Positions 33,721 to 46,560 are shown, counted from the first letter of the stretch. The stretch is 64,000 nt of DNA from Schmidtea nova (GCA_044892505.1 CM097882.1:184202001-184266000); one strand, 5' to 3'. Numbers and translations: made by a program. Notes: generated by a model not told the origin, from the letters alone.

Positions 33721-36700
33721 TTATTTGAGGCAATCGCTATAGCGTTTTTTGTAAAGGGGTGTGATTATGGTGTCCTTGTCGAACAGTTTTATTGAGTTTT
33801 TGGAGTTGAATGTGATGTGTTTGTGTTTTGTTTGAGTTTTTATTTCTGCCGGGGCTTTTTCTTTTGTTGGGTTGTTTGGGGTGTTTTGGTTGTTGTGGTA
33901 TGGCTTAATTCTTCTCAGATTGATTCTTATTTTGGTGTTATCTTTTATTATTGTTGCGACATTTTTATTAATTTCGAGCAATCTGAAAGGGCCTTCGTAT
34001 TTTGGTTCGAAACCTTTGGTGAAGGGCTTTTTTACTAATACGTAGTCTGTTGTCAGCACTACTTTTCCATCCATTTCAGAGTTAGCTCTTTTTTTAAGGA
34101 TTCCTTTTAATTTTTTTCCAGTTTTTTCGTTGTTTGTGTTGGTTTCCGCGTTTTCGGTTGTATTGTTTTTGATTGTTGGGAGATTTGCTTCTCTGCCGAA
34201 TACTTTGTATGCTGGGCTTTCGTTGTCAGTTGAGTTTGGCGTGTTTCTTAGCCCCAGTAAGATTGTCGGGAGTTGACTTAGCCAATTTCTGTCGTCTGCT
34301 TTGGTTCGGATACTTTCCTTTAGTGTTCTGTGCAATCTCTCGATTTTTCCATTTGCTTGAGGGTTGTAAGCTGTTGTGCGGTTTCTTTTGATGTTGTATT
34401 TGTTGCACAGAGTACTGAACAATTCTGATTCGAACTGTCTCCCTTGGTCTGTTATCAATACTTTTGGTTGACCGTAGCGAGCTATCCAATTTAGTTCGAG
34501 CTTGTTGCATATGTTCTGGGCTGATGTTTCCTTTAGCGGGATGATTTCGAACCAGTTAGTCTTCCTGTCGATGATTGTGAGTAGGTAGTTGTACCCGTTG
34601 TTTGGTGGTAACGGTCCTACTATGTCGATGTGAATCATCTCGAAAGGTTGACTGCTTGGAAAGTTTACTTTTTGTGTTGTTGGTTTCTTTGATATTTTGT
34701 TGATTTGGCAATCTTTGCATGTTTTTACGAAACTTTTGATTTCCTTTCTCATATTTGGCCATATGTATCTGTTGTGAATTATTTCGAAAGTGGCTTTGTT
34801 ACCTGGATGGCTGATGTCATGAATTTTCGAAATACACGATTTCCTAAACTCTTTTGGTAAGAGTATTCTTGGTGGGTTTTCGTTGCTGACGTCGTATCAA
34901 ACTTCATTGATTTTTTCTAATTTCAGGCTGTGTTTTAGCGGAAGTTCTTTTAAAGTTTCTGGTTGTTTGTTTTTAATTTTTTCGATTTCGAATAGTTCGC
35001 CAAATTCTAGTGCGTTTATGTCTGTTTCTATTCTTGACAGAGTGTCTGCTGCTATGTTTGCGGCGCCAGCGACATAGTTGATTGTGCAATTAAATTGTGA
35101 TATGTAATTTAATTGTCTTATTTGTCGTGGCGATGGGTTTTTCATTTGTATCGCGTTTGTTAACGGTTTGTGGTCCGTATATATTTTGAAATTTCTTGCT
35201 TCCAGTAAGTGTTGGAAGTGTTTGATGGCTTCATGTATCGCGAGTAGTTCTCGATCAAAAGTTGAGTATCGTGTTTGATGTATCTTTAGTTTTTTTGAGA
35301 AAAACCCGATTGGCTGTTTGCCGTATTCATTCTCTTGGTATAAGGTTGCGCCCATTGCATATCCAGAGCAGTCTGTTGCTAAGTTGTAGTCAAGTTCTGG
35401 ATTTGGATATCCGAGTAATGTTGCTCGGGATAAGCTTGTTTTTGCTTTTTCGAACTGTTTGGTAGTTTGTTCGGTCCAGTTTATTTTAATGTTTCTTCTT
35501 GTCTTGATCAGGTCGTTTAATGGAGCTAACAATTCACTACAGTTAGGGATGTACGCATGGTAAAAGTTTACCATCCCTAAGAATCGTCTTAGCTCTCTGT
35601 TTGTGTTCGGTAATCTGAACTCTTGTATCGTGCTTATTTTCTTGTCTATTGGTTTCGTGCCTTTTTCGTCCAGAGTGTGTCCCAGAAAATTAATCTCTTT
35701 TTTCAAAAATTCGCATTTTTGAATGTTTATTTTGAGATTTGCGGAGTTCAGCGTTTCAAACACCTTTTCGATGTCTTTTAAGTGAGTAGTTTTGTTTGGG
35801 CTTGCTATGAGGATGTCGTCCAAATATGCTATTGTGTTCTGGTTGTTTTTCAGCGTTTTGTCCATAAATCGTTGAAATGTTGCAGCTGCGTTTCGCAAAC
35901 CAAATGGCATTCTGTTGTACTCGAACATGCCGATTGGTGTTACGATTGGTGTTTTTTTTATATCCTCGTTCCTGATGGGTATTTGGTGGTAAGCCTTCTG
36001 TAAATCAATTTTCGAGAAGAGTTTGGCTCCTTTTAATCTGTTTATTATATCTCTGATGATAGGCAGTGGATAGTTGTCTGGTTCCGTGATTTTGTTGAGC
36101 ATTCGGTAGTCTCCACAAGCTCTCCATTCTCCGTTTGCCTTTTGTTTGAGCATGAGTGTTGAGGACCAATCAGAGTTCGAGTGAGTTACTATTTTGTTTT
36201 CTAGTAACTCCTTGAAAATTTCGTTCGTAATTTTTGTTTTTTGTGGATCTAGTTGTCTCACCTTTGCATGCACCGGGTTTCCGTTTGTTATGATTGCATG
36301 TTCGGTGGAGTGATCCGCGTTTTTGTCGAAAGTTACTGGTTCGGTGAGTTTTTCGAATTTTTCCAGTAGTTTATTTATTTCTGGGTCGTGATTCAGTTTT
36401 TGTTTTTGTCTATTGTTAGGTGTATCCGTTTGGATCACACCGATGTCTATTTTTGGCTTTCCTCCATTGTTTGTGGTGTGCTGTGGTGTTGTAGTATTAG
36501 TATTATTTTCTATTATTTGTTTGTTTTTACAATCCACTAGGAGGTTGTAATTTGTTAGGAAGTCTGCTCCTATTATCGCTTGTTGGACCTCAGCTATTGT
36601 GAATGTCCAGTTGTAAATTTTTTTGTTTATGTTTATATTTATTTTTTGTTGCCCGAAGGTTTTGATGTTTGTGCCGTTAGCTGCTGTTAATGGTTTTTCT

Positions 36701-36789
36701 GTTTTGTTGGCACTTTTATACATAGAATGGGGCAGTAGTGAGATCACCGAGCCGGTGTCTATTAAAAATTCTATGTTGTTGCTGTGCAC
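33721..36789 (-). pseudogene. pol (PR-RT-RH-IN) of element 2 with one in-frame TGA at 34897-34899
   Basis: LIDTGS, CGDYRMLN, YLDDIL, TDCS, HDISHPG..CKDC, HIDIVGP, TDQGRQFES, GPF. The reading frame continues past the TGA. Confidence 0.9.
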
Positions 36790-36839
36790 CCAAAATGTGT
36801 TGTTTTTGTCACCTGATGTGGGTGCTATAATTGGTGACT

Positions 36840-37970
36840 TTATTGGTTTCCCTGCTCTGTTTTATTGAATTCGCAGGGTTGTGTGCATTTGAATGCTTTT
36901 TCACCAAATTTGTTGTGGAAATAGCAAAGGTTTTTGTTTAGGTAATTGTTTCTTGGGTCTCTTTCTGGGCTTCTGTTTCGGTAATTGTTGCCTCGATTAG
37001 GGGAGTTTGACCGGTTTCTGTAATTGTTGTTCGGTGATTGACTGCGGCTGTAGTTTTGTCTGTTTTGACCGTCTGATGGCAGGTCTCTGTTGTAGTTATA
37101 TCTGTTGTAATTGTCGTATGATTGTGTTGAGTTGAAAGTCTGTTTATTACAACGTTCTTTTATTTCGGCTAATTCTGTTTTAATTTGTCTGTTTTCGACT
37201 ATGATTTCGTCGAATTTGCCAATTAGGGTGTTTAATAATTTGTTCATGTTGTCGTTTGTTTCGTTGTTTTTGTTGTATGCGGGATTATTGTAGTGCGGTT
37301 TGTTTTTGTTGTTGTTTTGGGTGCTGAATATAGTCGGATAGATTTCCTCGTTGATCTTATCCGCTATGTCGGCAAGCGTTTCCACGTCAGCGTTGTTGCT
37401 GGCTGCCAAAATCCTCCTGATTTCTGGTGGCATTGCTCGCATGAAAAATTCTTTGACCAGTTCGTTGGAGCCTGAATTTGTGATATTGGGTTGGAGGTAT
37501 TCTAATTTTTGCTTAAGTTGTCGGAGAAAATCTGTTGGTTTATTGTCGCCTAGTTGCGTGTTATTGAGGCATGACTCTAGCATTTGTCTCCTATTTATTT
37601 TGTTTTTATTCGTAAGGATGTTACACAGTTTGTTAAAGGGGTCCTCATCCTTAGAAATTTCTTCGATCTGATCCGCTATTTCATTTAGTTTGTTGCTGGG
37701 GAGTGCGGCTATAATGTTTGAGCATAGGGTTTTTGTGGATTTTATTCCTGACAATGTTAATGTTAATTTAGCAAATTCCAGCCATTTTTGTGGAGTGCCA
37801 TTTTCATCGGTGAAGTAGTTTGGTAGGTTGGGTTTCGGGTTGATTACAGAGTTTATGGTGTGTGTGTTTTCGGGGTTGTAATAGTAGTTGTTGTTTTGGT
37901 GTTGGGATTGTGCATTTTCGTTATCAATGGGTGTTTGTGAAATGTTTGGGTTTGCTTGGTTCGATGCCAT
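36840..37970 (-). CDS. Gag of element 2, 376 aa
   Basis: Open ORF upstream of pol with a C-terminal CHCC box. Confidence 0.9.
   Translation of the reverse strand: MASNQANPNISQTPIDNENAQSQHQNNNYYYNPENTHTINSVINPKPNLPNYFTDENGTPQKWLEFAKLTLTLSGIKSTKTLCSNIIAALPSNKLNEIADQIEEISKDEDPFNKLCNILTNKNKINRRQMLESCLNNTQLGDNKPTDFLRQLKQKLEYLQPNITNSGSNELVKEFFMRAMPPEIRRILAASNNADVETLADIADKINEEIYPTIFSTQNNNKNKPHYNNPAYNKNNETNDNMNKLLNTLIGKFDEIIVENRQIKTELAEIKERCNKQTFNSTQSYDNYNRYNYNRDLPSDGQNRQNYSRSQSPNNNYRNRSNSPNRGNNYRNRSPERDPRNNYLNKNLCYFHNKFGEKAFKCTQPCEFNKTEQGNQ
36846..36852 (-). promoter_or_regulatory. -1 ribosomal frameshift slippery site GGGAAAC
   Basis: G GGA AAC in the gag frame, two codons before the stop. The -1 frame is open into the protease (GKPIKSP...LIDTG). 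Confidence 0.8.
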
Positions 37971-38147
37971 TTAGTTTTGTTATTGTCGTTTGTTATGTTA
38001 CTTTTTTTTATGTTAAAAAAAATGAGCTTGACAAAAGGATATAGCCTACTGTGTTCGGCTAAAAGTAACGTTAATCCTTATACCTCTATAATAGGTATTC
38101 TAAAGGCGTTAACGCTTGAAAAAAACGGCGAGTGTGTGTGTGTGTTG

Positions 38148-38160
38148 ACTTCTGACACCA
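38148..38160 (-). promoter_or_regulatory. Primer binding site of element 2 (tRNA-Leu-like)
   Basis: TGGTGTCAGAAGT next to the 5' LTR. Confidence 0.8.
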
Positions 38161-38161
38161 G

Positions 38162-39125
38162 TTATTAATGTCTATGCGCTGTTCAAATTGAGTTTAGTTG
38201 TTTGTGTATATGAACGTTTACGAATGGGAAGAAGAGTTGTAGGACCCGAGAGAGTCAGCCCGATTGTTGTGGGGACACTCGGGGTGTATGCTGTGTATTG
38301 GTAGATTATAAGTGACACAATAAAATAATAAACAATGTGATAAATTAATTATTAACTATAACCAGATATTGTCAAATATACAATTTTACAAAAGTTACTT
38401 TATAGAGTTTCGGAGATAATTAGGTAGTCGTCGACGAGGGAGATTGTAAGTTGGAAAACTATATGAACTTTGATAAATCTTCTGTATAAATAAAATTGGC
38501 TTGAATTTACAAAATATTTCAGAATAGGAAATTCAATGTCTTGGCTTTCTCTTTTCAGACTTCGTTTACAAAATATTTCAGAATCGGAAATTCAATGTCT
38601 TGGCTTTCTCTTCTCAGACTTCGTTTACAAAATATTTCAGAATAGGAAATTCAATATCTTGGCTTTCTCTTTTCAGTCTTCGTTTACAAAATATTTCAGA
38701 ATAGGAAATTCAATATCTTGGCTTTCTCTTTTCAGTCTTCGTCTACAAAATATTTCAGAATCGGAAATTCAATATCTTGGCTTTCTCTTTTCAGTCTTCG
38801 TCTACAAAATATTTCAGAATCGGAAATTCAATGACTTGGCTTTCTCTTTTCAGTCTTCAGATGAATTATATTATTATTGCATAATTTTTTTAAAATCAAT
38901 TTTTTATTAATTCTGAATTCAGCTTACTATAGTTTCCTATAGTAAGCTATTTGAATTCAGAATTTAAATTTTATAGTTTAAATTATTTAATTATTTAATT
39001 ATTTTACAATAAATAAAAATAAAAAGGGGGTTCCTGGTGACCGCGAGGGCACCGTCCATAGTAATGACGGCGCTTACAAACTCTTAAAAGAATAATTACA
39101 TAAAATAAACATAAAACAAGACATC

Positions 39126-39129
<4 letters not shown>
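38162..39129 (-). repeat. 5' LTR of element 2 (six 59-bp units)
   Basis: Differs from the 3' LTR by one unit, one G in a G run and at least one substitution. Confidence 0.92.
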
Positions 39130-39156
<27 letters not shown>

Positions 39157-39405
39157 AGATACATAAAGATACATAAATATACACAAATATACATAAAGAT
39201 ACAAGCTAAAAACGTACATAACCACACTTGAATTAATTATATGGAAAAAAAATTACAATAATAATTCCAATTTTATTATCAATTATTATCATTATACATT
39301 ATAATGTTGTTTTATCAATTCATTTAATTATATATTGCATATTTAAATTTTAATATTTAAAAACTTTATTTTTATAATTCAATTAAAAAAATATTGATTA
39401 TTAAT

Positions 39406-39703
39406 ATGGAAACAAATGAGCAATTAGAAATTTATAAAACAATGTGCAAACAACAAATATTAGTATGAATTATGCATATTTGCTTTCCTCAATTAAAACA
39501 TCTACTTTCATGTGTAGATTAATGAAATCTTAAAAAATGAAATCAAAAAACTCAATGAACGACTAACAGAAGCAAGCAAAGATAAAATGTAAGTCAATTT
39601 ATTAATTTTTTTGTTATACTTTTTTTACAGGTTTCTAATAGAACAAATTATGAAATTAGATCCAAGTTTATTAACTCAAGACCCAAAAATTGAAAATAAA
39701 TAA
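39406..39703 (+). CDS. Small 3-exon host gene, 66 aa, INO80E/TFPT N-terminal coiled-coil-like
   Basis: Exons 39406-39462, 39518-39588 and 39631-39703, with GT-AG introns of 55 and 42 bp. They splice in frame to METNEQLEIYKTMCKQQILINEILKNEIKKLNERLTEASKDKMFLIEQIMKLD..., resembling the INO80E ..KVSRDKSFLLDRL motif. Confidence 0.65.
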
Positions 39704-41066
39704 ATAATTACAGCTGTCTTGTTTTCTTAATTTTATAATAATTTTAATATTTGTTTGATTATTTTTTTTCAACAATTTATTAATTATTAAAATTTGATAT
39801 TATTTAGCACTTTAAAGAAGTAAGAATTTTTTAAAATTCATTTTGCAATTGAAACTGCGCTCAGATAAAGGGTCCACTTGAACAGAATTTGCTTTATAAG
39901 TTGACAGACCTGTTTAAGGTAATCTTATTAGTTTGATTTTTGTTTTAGTTTACTTTGGAAATTGACTACATTATTATATATTTAGTTGCATCTAAATAAT
40001 CCCAATATATTTGAAGGATTTTTACACGTTTATTGTACAATCATATCTTACAACTGACAAAACATTAGAATTTCTATCATGTTATTTTTATTAATATAAA
40101 TTATTTAGTTCCTTGCTCGTCGCATTTTGACGGGTAAATACATATGTTGAATTTATTTTCAGGATGACGAAATTCCCTATACAAATATATGAAGATTTTC
40201 CAACTTGACCTATTTCAATCATCTAACATCAGCTCAAGACTGTGGCAATTAATAAGTAATATATTATCTGAATGAGAATTGTTACTACACACTTGATGAT
40301 GTCATTGTTATGTTCAAGATAATAGAATTGTTTCATTTGTTTAATATCACAAATGTTACCGCTACAACTGCTTAATAAAAGGATTTTCTCCGAATTTGTA
40401 CAGGGCAGGTTATCGTTAAAGAACTGGTAGACTGTGGAAACATTTCCTGAAGTTGAAATTATGTAGAATGCAATAATTCAGAGAATTACACAATTGTTTT
40501 TTGGGAAAAGATTACCAGAGAGCGGCATGGAAATGACGAAAAACGTGAAATCTAATTACTAAAGAAAAAGCGCAAATCAAACAGGTTAGAGTTACAAAAG
40601 ATAATAAATGGACATAATGAAAATGAATTATTTGCATTTATTAATTTTTTTGCAATTCTAATGTCTGATTTACGCTTTTTCATTAGTAAATATTCTTCAT
40701 ATTTTTCGTCACTATATAACAATCCGTTGAAATATTACAATCAAATTGACTGGTCTGTTAGTTTTAGTGTTATTAAACCACGTCGCCTGCTGTTTTGTAA
40801 GCTGAATAATTTAAAAATTATATTTTTAAAATTAAGTTAAAATAATTAAAGTTCGATAATTTTTTTAGAGAAAATGTGTTTGAGCTCATGAATTATTTTC
40901 AAACTCAATATTTTCACACAATTCAGTTCTTGAAGTTGATATCTTAATATACGTTGATGAAAATACCGTTAATTACGCTATTCTTGATAAATTTTACCTT
41001 CCCTTTCCAGTCACAAATATCGAACCCCTGAAGTACATCACACTTTCGAACTAAAAAATAAGTAAC

Positions 41067-41872
41067 TGCTGGGGTTTGTCTGAACAGGCACGAAATAAAA
41101 AATGCACAGAAATTGTGAAAATCAATAAAAACATTAAAATTTAATAAGTAATAATTAAAGTACAAAAATTAATTAAAAATTTGGAAAATTAAAAAAATTA
41201 AGATTTACTGAACGAAACTGGTATGGAAGGATGCCAAATGATGAGACAAATTCAAATATGGTAATATAAAATCAAAAAGTGGTCCCCAGAAAGAAATATT
41301 AAGAAAAAAACAAATTTATTAAAGAAATTAATTACCTAATGGAAAACCAGTAGGTATTGGAAACCCGAGTCATCAACAAAATTATTTAATTACCAGGGAA
41401 AATTGGAAGATGTCAAGGAATCCCGGGTGAGTAGCGGTTAAATCAACTACCTTGAACAAATTGATTACCCGGAAGCCCTTGGGGGAATGGAAAAAACCCA
41501 AGCAGTAAAGGAAACCCGAATCTAAATTGTTTTTCAGAATAATTCACGAAGAGGTGCTGACCAAAAATTCAATAAAAAATACTATAAAAAGAGAAGTGAA
41601 TTTAGTATTCTTGCCAGTGGGTCGCAGACAGTTTTGTGAGTTATTTAGAAGGTTAGATACAGAGTTTCACTTCATATCAATTATTGCGTATCAGAAAGGG
41701 GAGATCTTCCGTTAAAAGACCTACATCTATCGTTGAAAAGTGCAGTTTATTAACAAGTATTAACAATATTGTATTTGTGTATTGAAATTAAATAAAATTA
41801 TTGTGTTGGGTGATTTATTTTGAAAAAGGAGCACGAGGAGTCAGAGATTTGTACCGACTTAATAACCCAACA
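41067..41872 (+). mobile_element. Solo LTR, more diverged relative of element 1
   Basis: TGCTGGGG...AATAACCCAACA. Shared blocks GGATGCCAAATGATGAGAC and GGTCCCCAGAAAG. Flanks TAAC/AAAC. Confidence 0.8.
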
Positions 41873-42299
41873 AAACTAATTAAAATTTAATCTAAAACAC
41901 ACTTCATTTATGCTTCGTTAAATTTATAAAATTGTAACTTAAAAGAAATATCACATTATTAAGATGTTAGTCTTATTTATCTGTTGCTTTTCCATATACA
42001 GCCGTTGGATTAGATAATAAAAAAGGAAATAAATTATAGAATGACTAGACTGCCAGTTATGTGGCATACTTTTATGTTATATTAATTCTGTATGTTTTGG
42101 AACTATGCATGATGTTATGAAGACATTTATCCATAGGGAGGTTGATCCATATTGATTTTGTAAGGATAAAAATTAATTGAGATTTAAAATTCCATGTTGT
42201 ATTATAATTATCCTACAGCTGACGAAAAATCAATATTGATATTTTTGTAAATAGGAAGAAGTAAGGTAGAACCACCACACTAGAAATAAATCAAACTAA

Positions 42300-42828
42300 G
42301 TTACATAATAATTATTCAAAAAAGAGGAGTTTATACAAAAATTACTTTAAAATGTATGTTACGCAGAAAATTAGTAAAAAATACTTAATATATAAAATCT
42401 TTGTATTTTTTAAAGCCGAAATCATATTTACAGTAACGTAATCACATTTCCCATTACGAATTTTCTTTCCTCTGGCGTCTTTCATTCGAGAGCATAGTGC
42501 ACACTGGCGTGTAGGGTTTGCTCGTTTTTCAGTAGGGCGAATAAATTCAGGGAAATGTTTGTCGGATAAACGGCGGGGTAACATTGCATTTTCTGAACTT
42601 GGTCGACCAGACTTTGGCGTGTCTTCACTGGTAAAATATTTTTCAATAAGTTCTGTAATTAGTGCCATCCTAAACTGTAAACGAGTATACTCTGGTGGAA
42701 ACTAGATGAAACGGACAGCACAGAACTCCATTATATTTAATATGCAGTTTGCCCGAGTATTCTCGGGGTATACCAAATTTGCTTTTTTATTGCCCTAGTA
42801 TACTCGGGTGAGACCGTTAAGGGGTTAA
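42300..42828 (-). mobile_element. piggyBac deletion derivative (PGBD4-like C-terminus)
   Basis: TTAA-CCCCTTAACGG terminus at 42824. ORF 42342-42668 has RLSDKHFP...RQCALC. Confidence 0.8.
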
Positions 42829-43464
42829 TAATCAAATTTATTATTATAAAAAAATTATTTTTGTATTATTTTATATTAAATATTCTTAAATAATGTTTCA
42901 ACTATTAATATGAAAATATTATTATGTATTTTTTATTATTGGAATAATACTTTAAAAACATTTATTTCGTTTGTGTAACTAAAAAATACCTTTTAACTAA
43001 AAAGTTACCTTTTAAATTTTGGAATCTAAAAAATTTAAATATTTAAAAAAACTTGCGAACAACTGATTAAATTTCTAAAACAATAAAATATAAATTAATT
43101 TTTTATAATAAAAATATTTTCAACTTACGATTTTGAAAATTTGAAAAGTAATTGTTCTATCAATTGTGTTTTGTTTAAAACATGATTTCTTTGACCTGAT
43201 TGTACTCGTTTGGTTATTTTCATATACGTTTGTTAATATTTTTCAAAAGATATTTCACGTGATTGAAATAATAAATAATACTAAGGCAGTCGGGCGTGCT
43301 TGCAAACAGGTTCTGTTGAAAACTTTTAGTGCAGAGGCGAATATGATTTTCATACGCCATGTTTGCAAGTTACAGATTATCCATAAAATACCTAGAATTT
43401 TCAAGTGATGTGATATCCGGGGTACCAAGAACAATATTTAACAAAGTTGTTTCGGCTTTGTTTT

Positions 43465-43570
43465 ATACTTACCTGGCGCAAAGTGCAATTTTCGCGTCTC
43501 CTGCATAGCACTGATGAGAGCCAAAAGCGCGAAACTAGTCTGTTATTAGGGTTTTGCACTGGGTATCACA
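43465..43570 (+). ncRNA. U1-headed type I hammerhead ribozyme, diverged copy A
   Basis: ATACTTACCTGGCGCA...ATAGCA CTGATGA GAGC CAAAA GCGC GAAAC TA GTC TGTTAT, with one stem II mismatch. Upstream sequence 43240-43464 is homologous to the 382-bp unit. Confidence 0.75.
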
Positions 43571-45046
43571 AAGCTTTACACTTTATTATAATTATTATTA
43601 TTTAGATATTTTTATTAAAATAAATTATATTAAAAAAATTTAATATTAGTAAAATATAATTATGTTATATTAATTATTTGAATATAGGTTTTAAACAGAA
43701 TTATTAAGGAACATTTCTAATTATTTTAGTTGATATGGAGTTTTCTCATATATTTAAGTATACTTCTTGCCCGATCTCTACATAATATGTCCACGCTCAG
43801 TTCCAAATTAATTGGATTTAGTTTTTGCCTAACAATTTTAACCATAGTATTTTATTTAGAAATTTGATGAAGAATAATGATACGATAGTTGGTACAGGTG
43901 TGGGGGTTTGTGGAGATTGTGTAATTGTTTATTTTATGAAGTTATTAAAGAATTTGCTATTCGTGTGTTGATTGCTGAAATGGATTGTGCTTATTGCTAA
44001 TGCTAAGTTCCAGAACATGGAAAGTATATTAATAAATACTTGAAATAATATTTTTTTATTTTCGATAATCTGCTATGCACATGGAAATTTTAAAGTAATT
44101 AAAAAAATTGTGCTAAATTTATCATTTATAAATTGTCAACTTGATGATTATTTCGAATCAAACAACTTATAGTTATTAAATTTTATCAAGTGTGTAGCGG
44201 GCTCACATCTATCTACTTTTGACATAACATATGACCTTGTCATTTCCCCAGTCTCAGGCTGTTACACTTTCTTAGAACCCCGGGACGTGATTTATTTTAT
44301 AAAAGTCCATTTTGGTTTTGAAAAATCTTTATTTCTTCAAGCATGTTTTAAAATAAAATTTATATAATTTATAACTACAAAACATACAAAAGTTGTTTAT
44401 TAGTCTTTAAGTATCTTATTATAACAAAAATAAACTATCCCAACTTATAAATAAACTGCTCAAATAATAGTTTGTTTAGTGTCTTAAATATATTTATTTC
44501 TTATTATTTATAAAGTAGTTTTATTATTATGCTTCTAATTAAATAATTATCGAATTTCAGCCTGATTATATCGAACTTATCAATCAAAGCACTAAGTATA
44601 ATAACCCAAAAGGTGCTGCTATTGTTTTCGAATTCAAAAATTAAGCTTTAAATTTTAGGTTATGAAACTCATTTTAAAATCATTATCGTATCCAATAAAT
44701 TTATCAAACGATCTCTCTCTGAAGTTTGTATTTTTTGAATTTAATGTTTTAATTTCTATTATTGATAATATCACTTATAATTATCGATATATTTACGTCG
44801 ATTAGTTACTTATAAATATATATAACTACTCTCAAATTGCAAATAAGTAATAATAATCTCAATACAATTTACCCTTTATAAACACATGTAAAATAAAATG
44901 CAAAATTAAATTAATGTTGAGGTTCCGAGAATCTCAACTTGATGGTTCGTATATAAATAAAAACACAGTCTGTTTACTAACTTTTATTTATATATTACAA
45001 TATTTTACAAGCTGATAAAAATTACCTTTTGATTAAATGAAATTTT

Positions 45047-45125
<79 letters not shown>

Positions 45126-45389
45126 AGTTCGTTCAATAATGTCTCGGACTAACTAAGAAAGAAACACAACACAAAAATTGAAACAACTTTTATTGAACTA
45201 CATCAAATACTTGTTCGAAAAAAACATTTAAATATTTTTCTATATAATTACCATTACAATTTGTTTTTTAATTACATTTTTATAAATTAAACATATTTTG
45301 ATCTAGTCTAAAAGAATGAAAATAAATTAAATCGTAAAAATGTCAGAGGAAGAAGATAAAAGATGTCTTTTATGTGTTGGTTGTGCGTG

Positions 45390-45940
45390 CTAATTTTATT
45401 AAAGGTTTTAAATCTAGTTTAATTCAGCCTCTAATAATCTAGGGTCACGGCACAACACAAAAAGATTTCTGTCCGTATGCCCATAAATATCATGTGTACT
45501 TACGTTGGTAATACATACGTCAGGCGACTGAATCACCAGGTGAGCATCTGTATTAATACTACTCCCGAATCTACCATTCTCGCGGGTTTTGTCTTATGTT
45601 AATAAAAAACAAATGGGTGTAATAAGGTTTGATTTCTACGGTTAAAATAAATTTTGTTATTAAAAACCGGAATTTAGCGAGGGAACAGTGACAAAGGGTG
45701 AGAAAGAGAAAGATAAAGTGACCTTCTATCGGTCGTAAGGAACCCACGAGAATGGTAGAATCGGGAGTAGTTTTTGTCAAGAAGCTCATCTGCCGATTCA
45801 CATTCGCTTGTCATGTGCATTACCAACGTAAATAAATAGGGTATTTACGGGCACATGGACAGTAATCATTTTATGTGCTGTGAAGTAACCCTAGAAAATC
45901 ATAGGTTAATTAAAATCAGATTACAATTTTTATAAAATAA
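45390..45940. mobile_element. Foldback/MITE-like element with long imperfect inverted repeats
   Basis: About 200-bp arms. The innermost 32 bp (ACTACTCCCGAATCTACCATTCTCGCGGGTT) is near perfect; the outer parts are diverged. Confidence 0.7.
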
Positions 45941-46560
45941 ACCCGTTCAACAAACACTATCATGAAAAATATAGAAATTTTAGACAGATAAAAGTAAAAT
46001 TTGGGATATTGTCCTTCGTGTCTTAAAGGATTTCATTATGTTAAACATTAGCATCTAAATTTTTTTTAGAGAAATCGAATGGTCCATGAAGCATTACGAG
46101 AAGAATTTCTTGGTGAATTAAAGGCTATAACTTTAACGGTATATCTAAATATAAAGTTTAATAATATCTTTCTGTTTAGACAAAAACAATTAAAGAGTGG
46201 GAAGAGAATATATAATTGTACTACATTTATATTGTATTAATTTCATTAAAATGTAATTTCCGTGTTTTGTTTTTAATATTAGATTTTAATAATAATAATC
46301 TCGGTACTTCTATACTTTCCCCCCACCTTTGATTATTATTAATATTAATATTATTATTAATAATATTATTATTATAATTATTATTGTTATTATTATTATT
46401 GTTATTATTATTATTATTAATATTATTATTATTATTAATATTTATATTATTAATAATATTATTATTATAATTATGTTTTATCCAGTGTACCAGGTATAGT
46501 ATATAACAAAATCTTTCGACTTTGTTTTATACTTATCTGGCGCGGAGAGAAATTTTCGCG

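Larger units (their letters stand above)
32380..39129 (-). mobile_element. Gypsy LTR retrotransposon, CsRn1-like clade, inserted in a (TA)n tract
   Basis: LTRs 32380-33407 and 38162-39129, PBS, PPT, gag and pol ORFs. Gag ends in CYFHNKFGEKAFKCTQPC (CHCC box). Confidence 0.92.

Noticed and set aside
32759-38910. ORFs 32759-33187 and 38536-38910
   Set aside because: By-products of the 59-bp LTR repeat.
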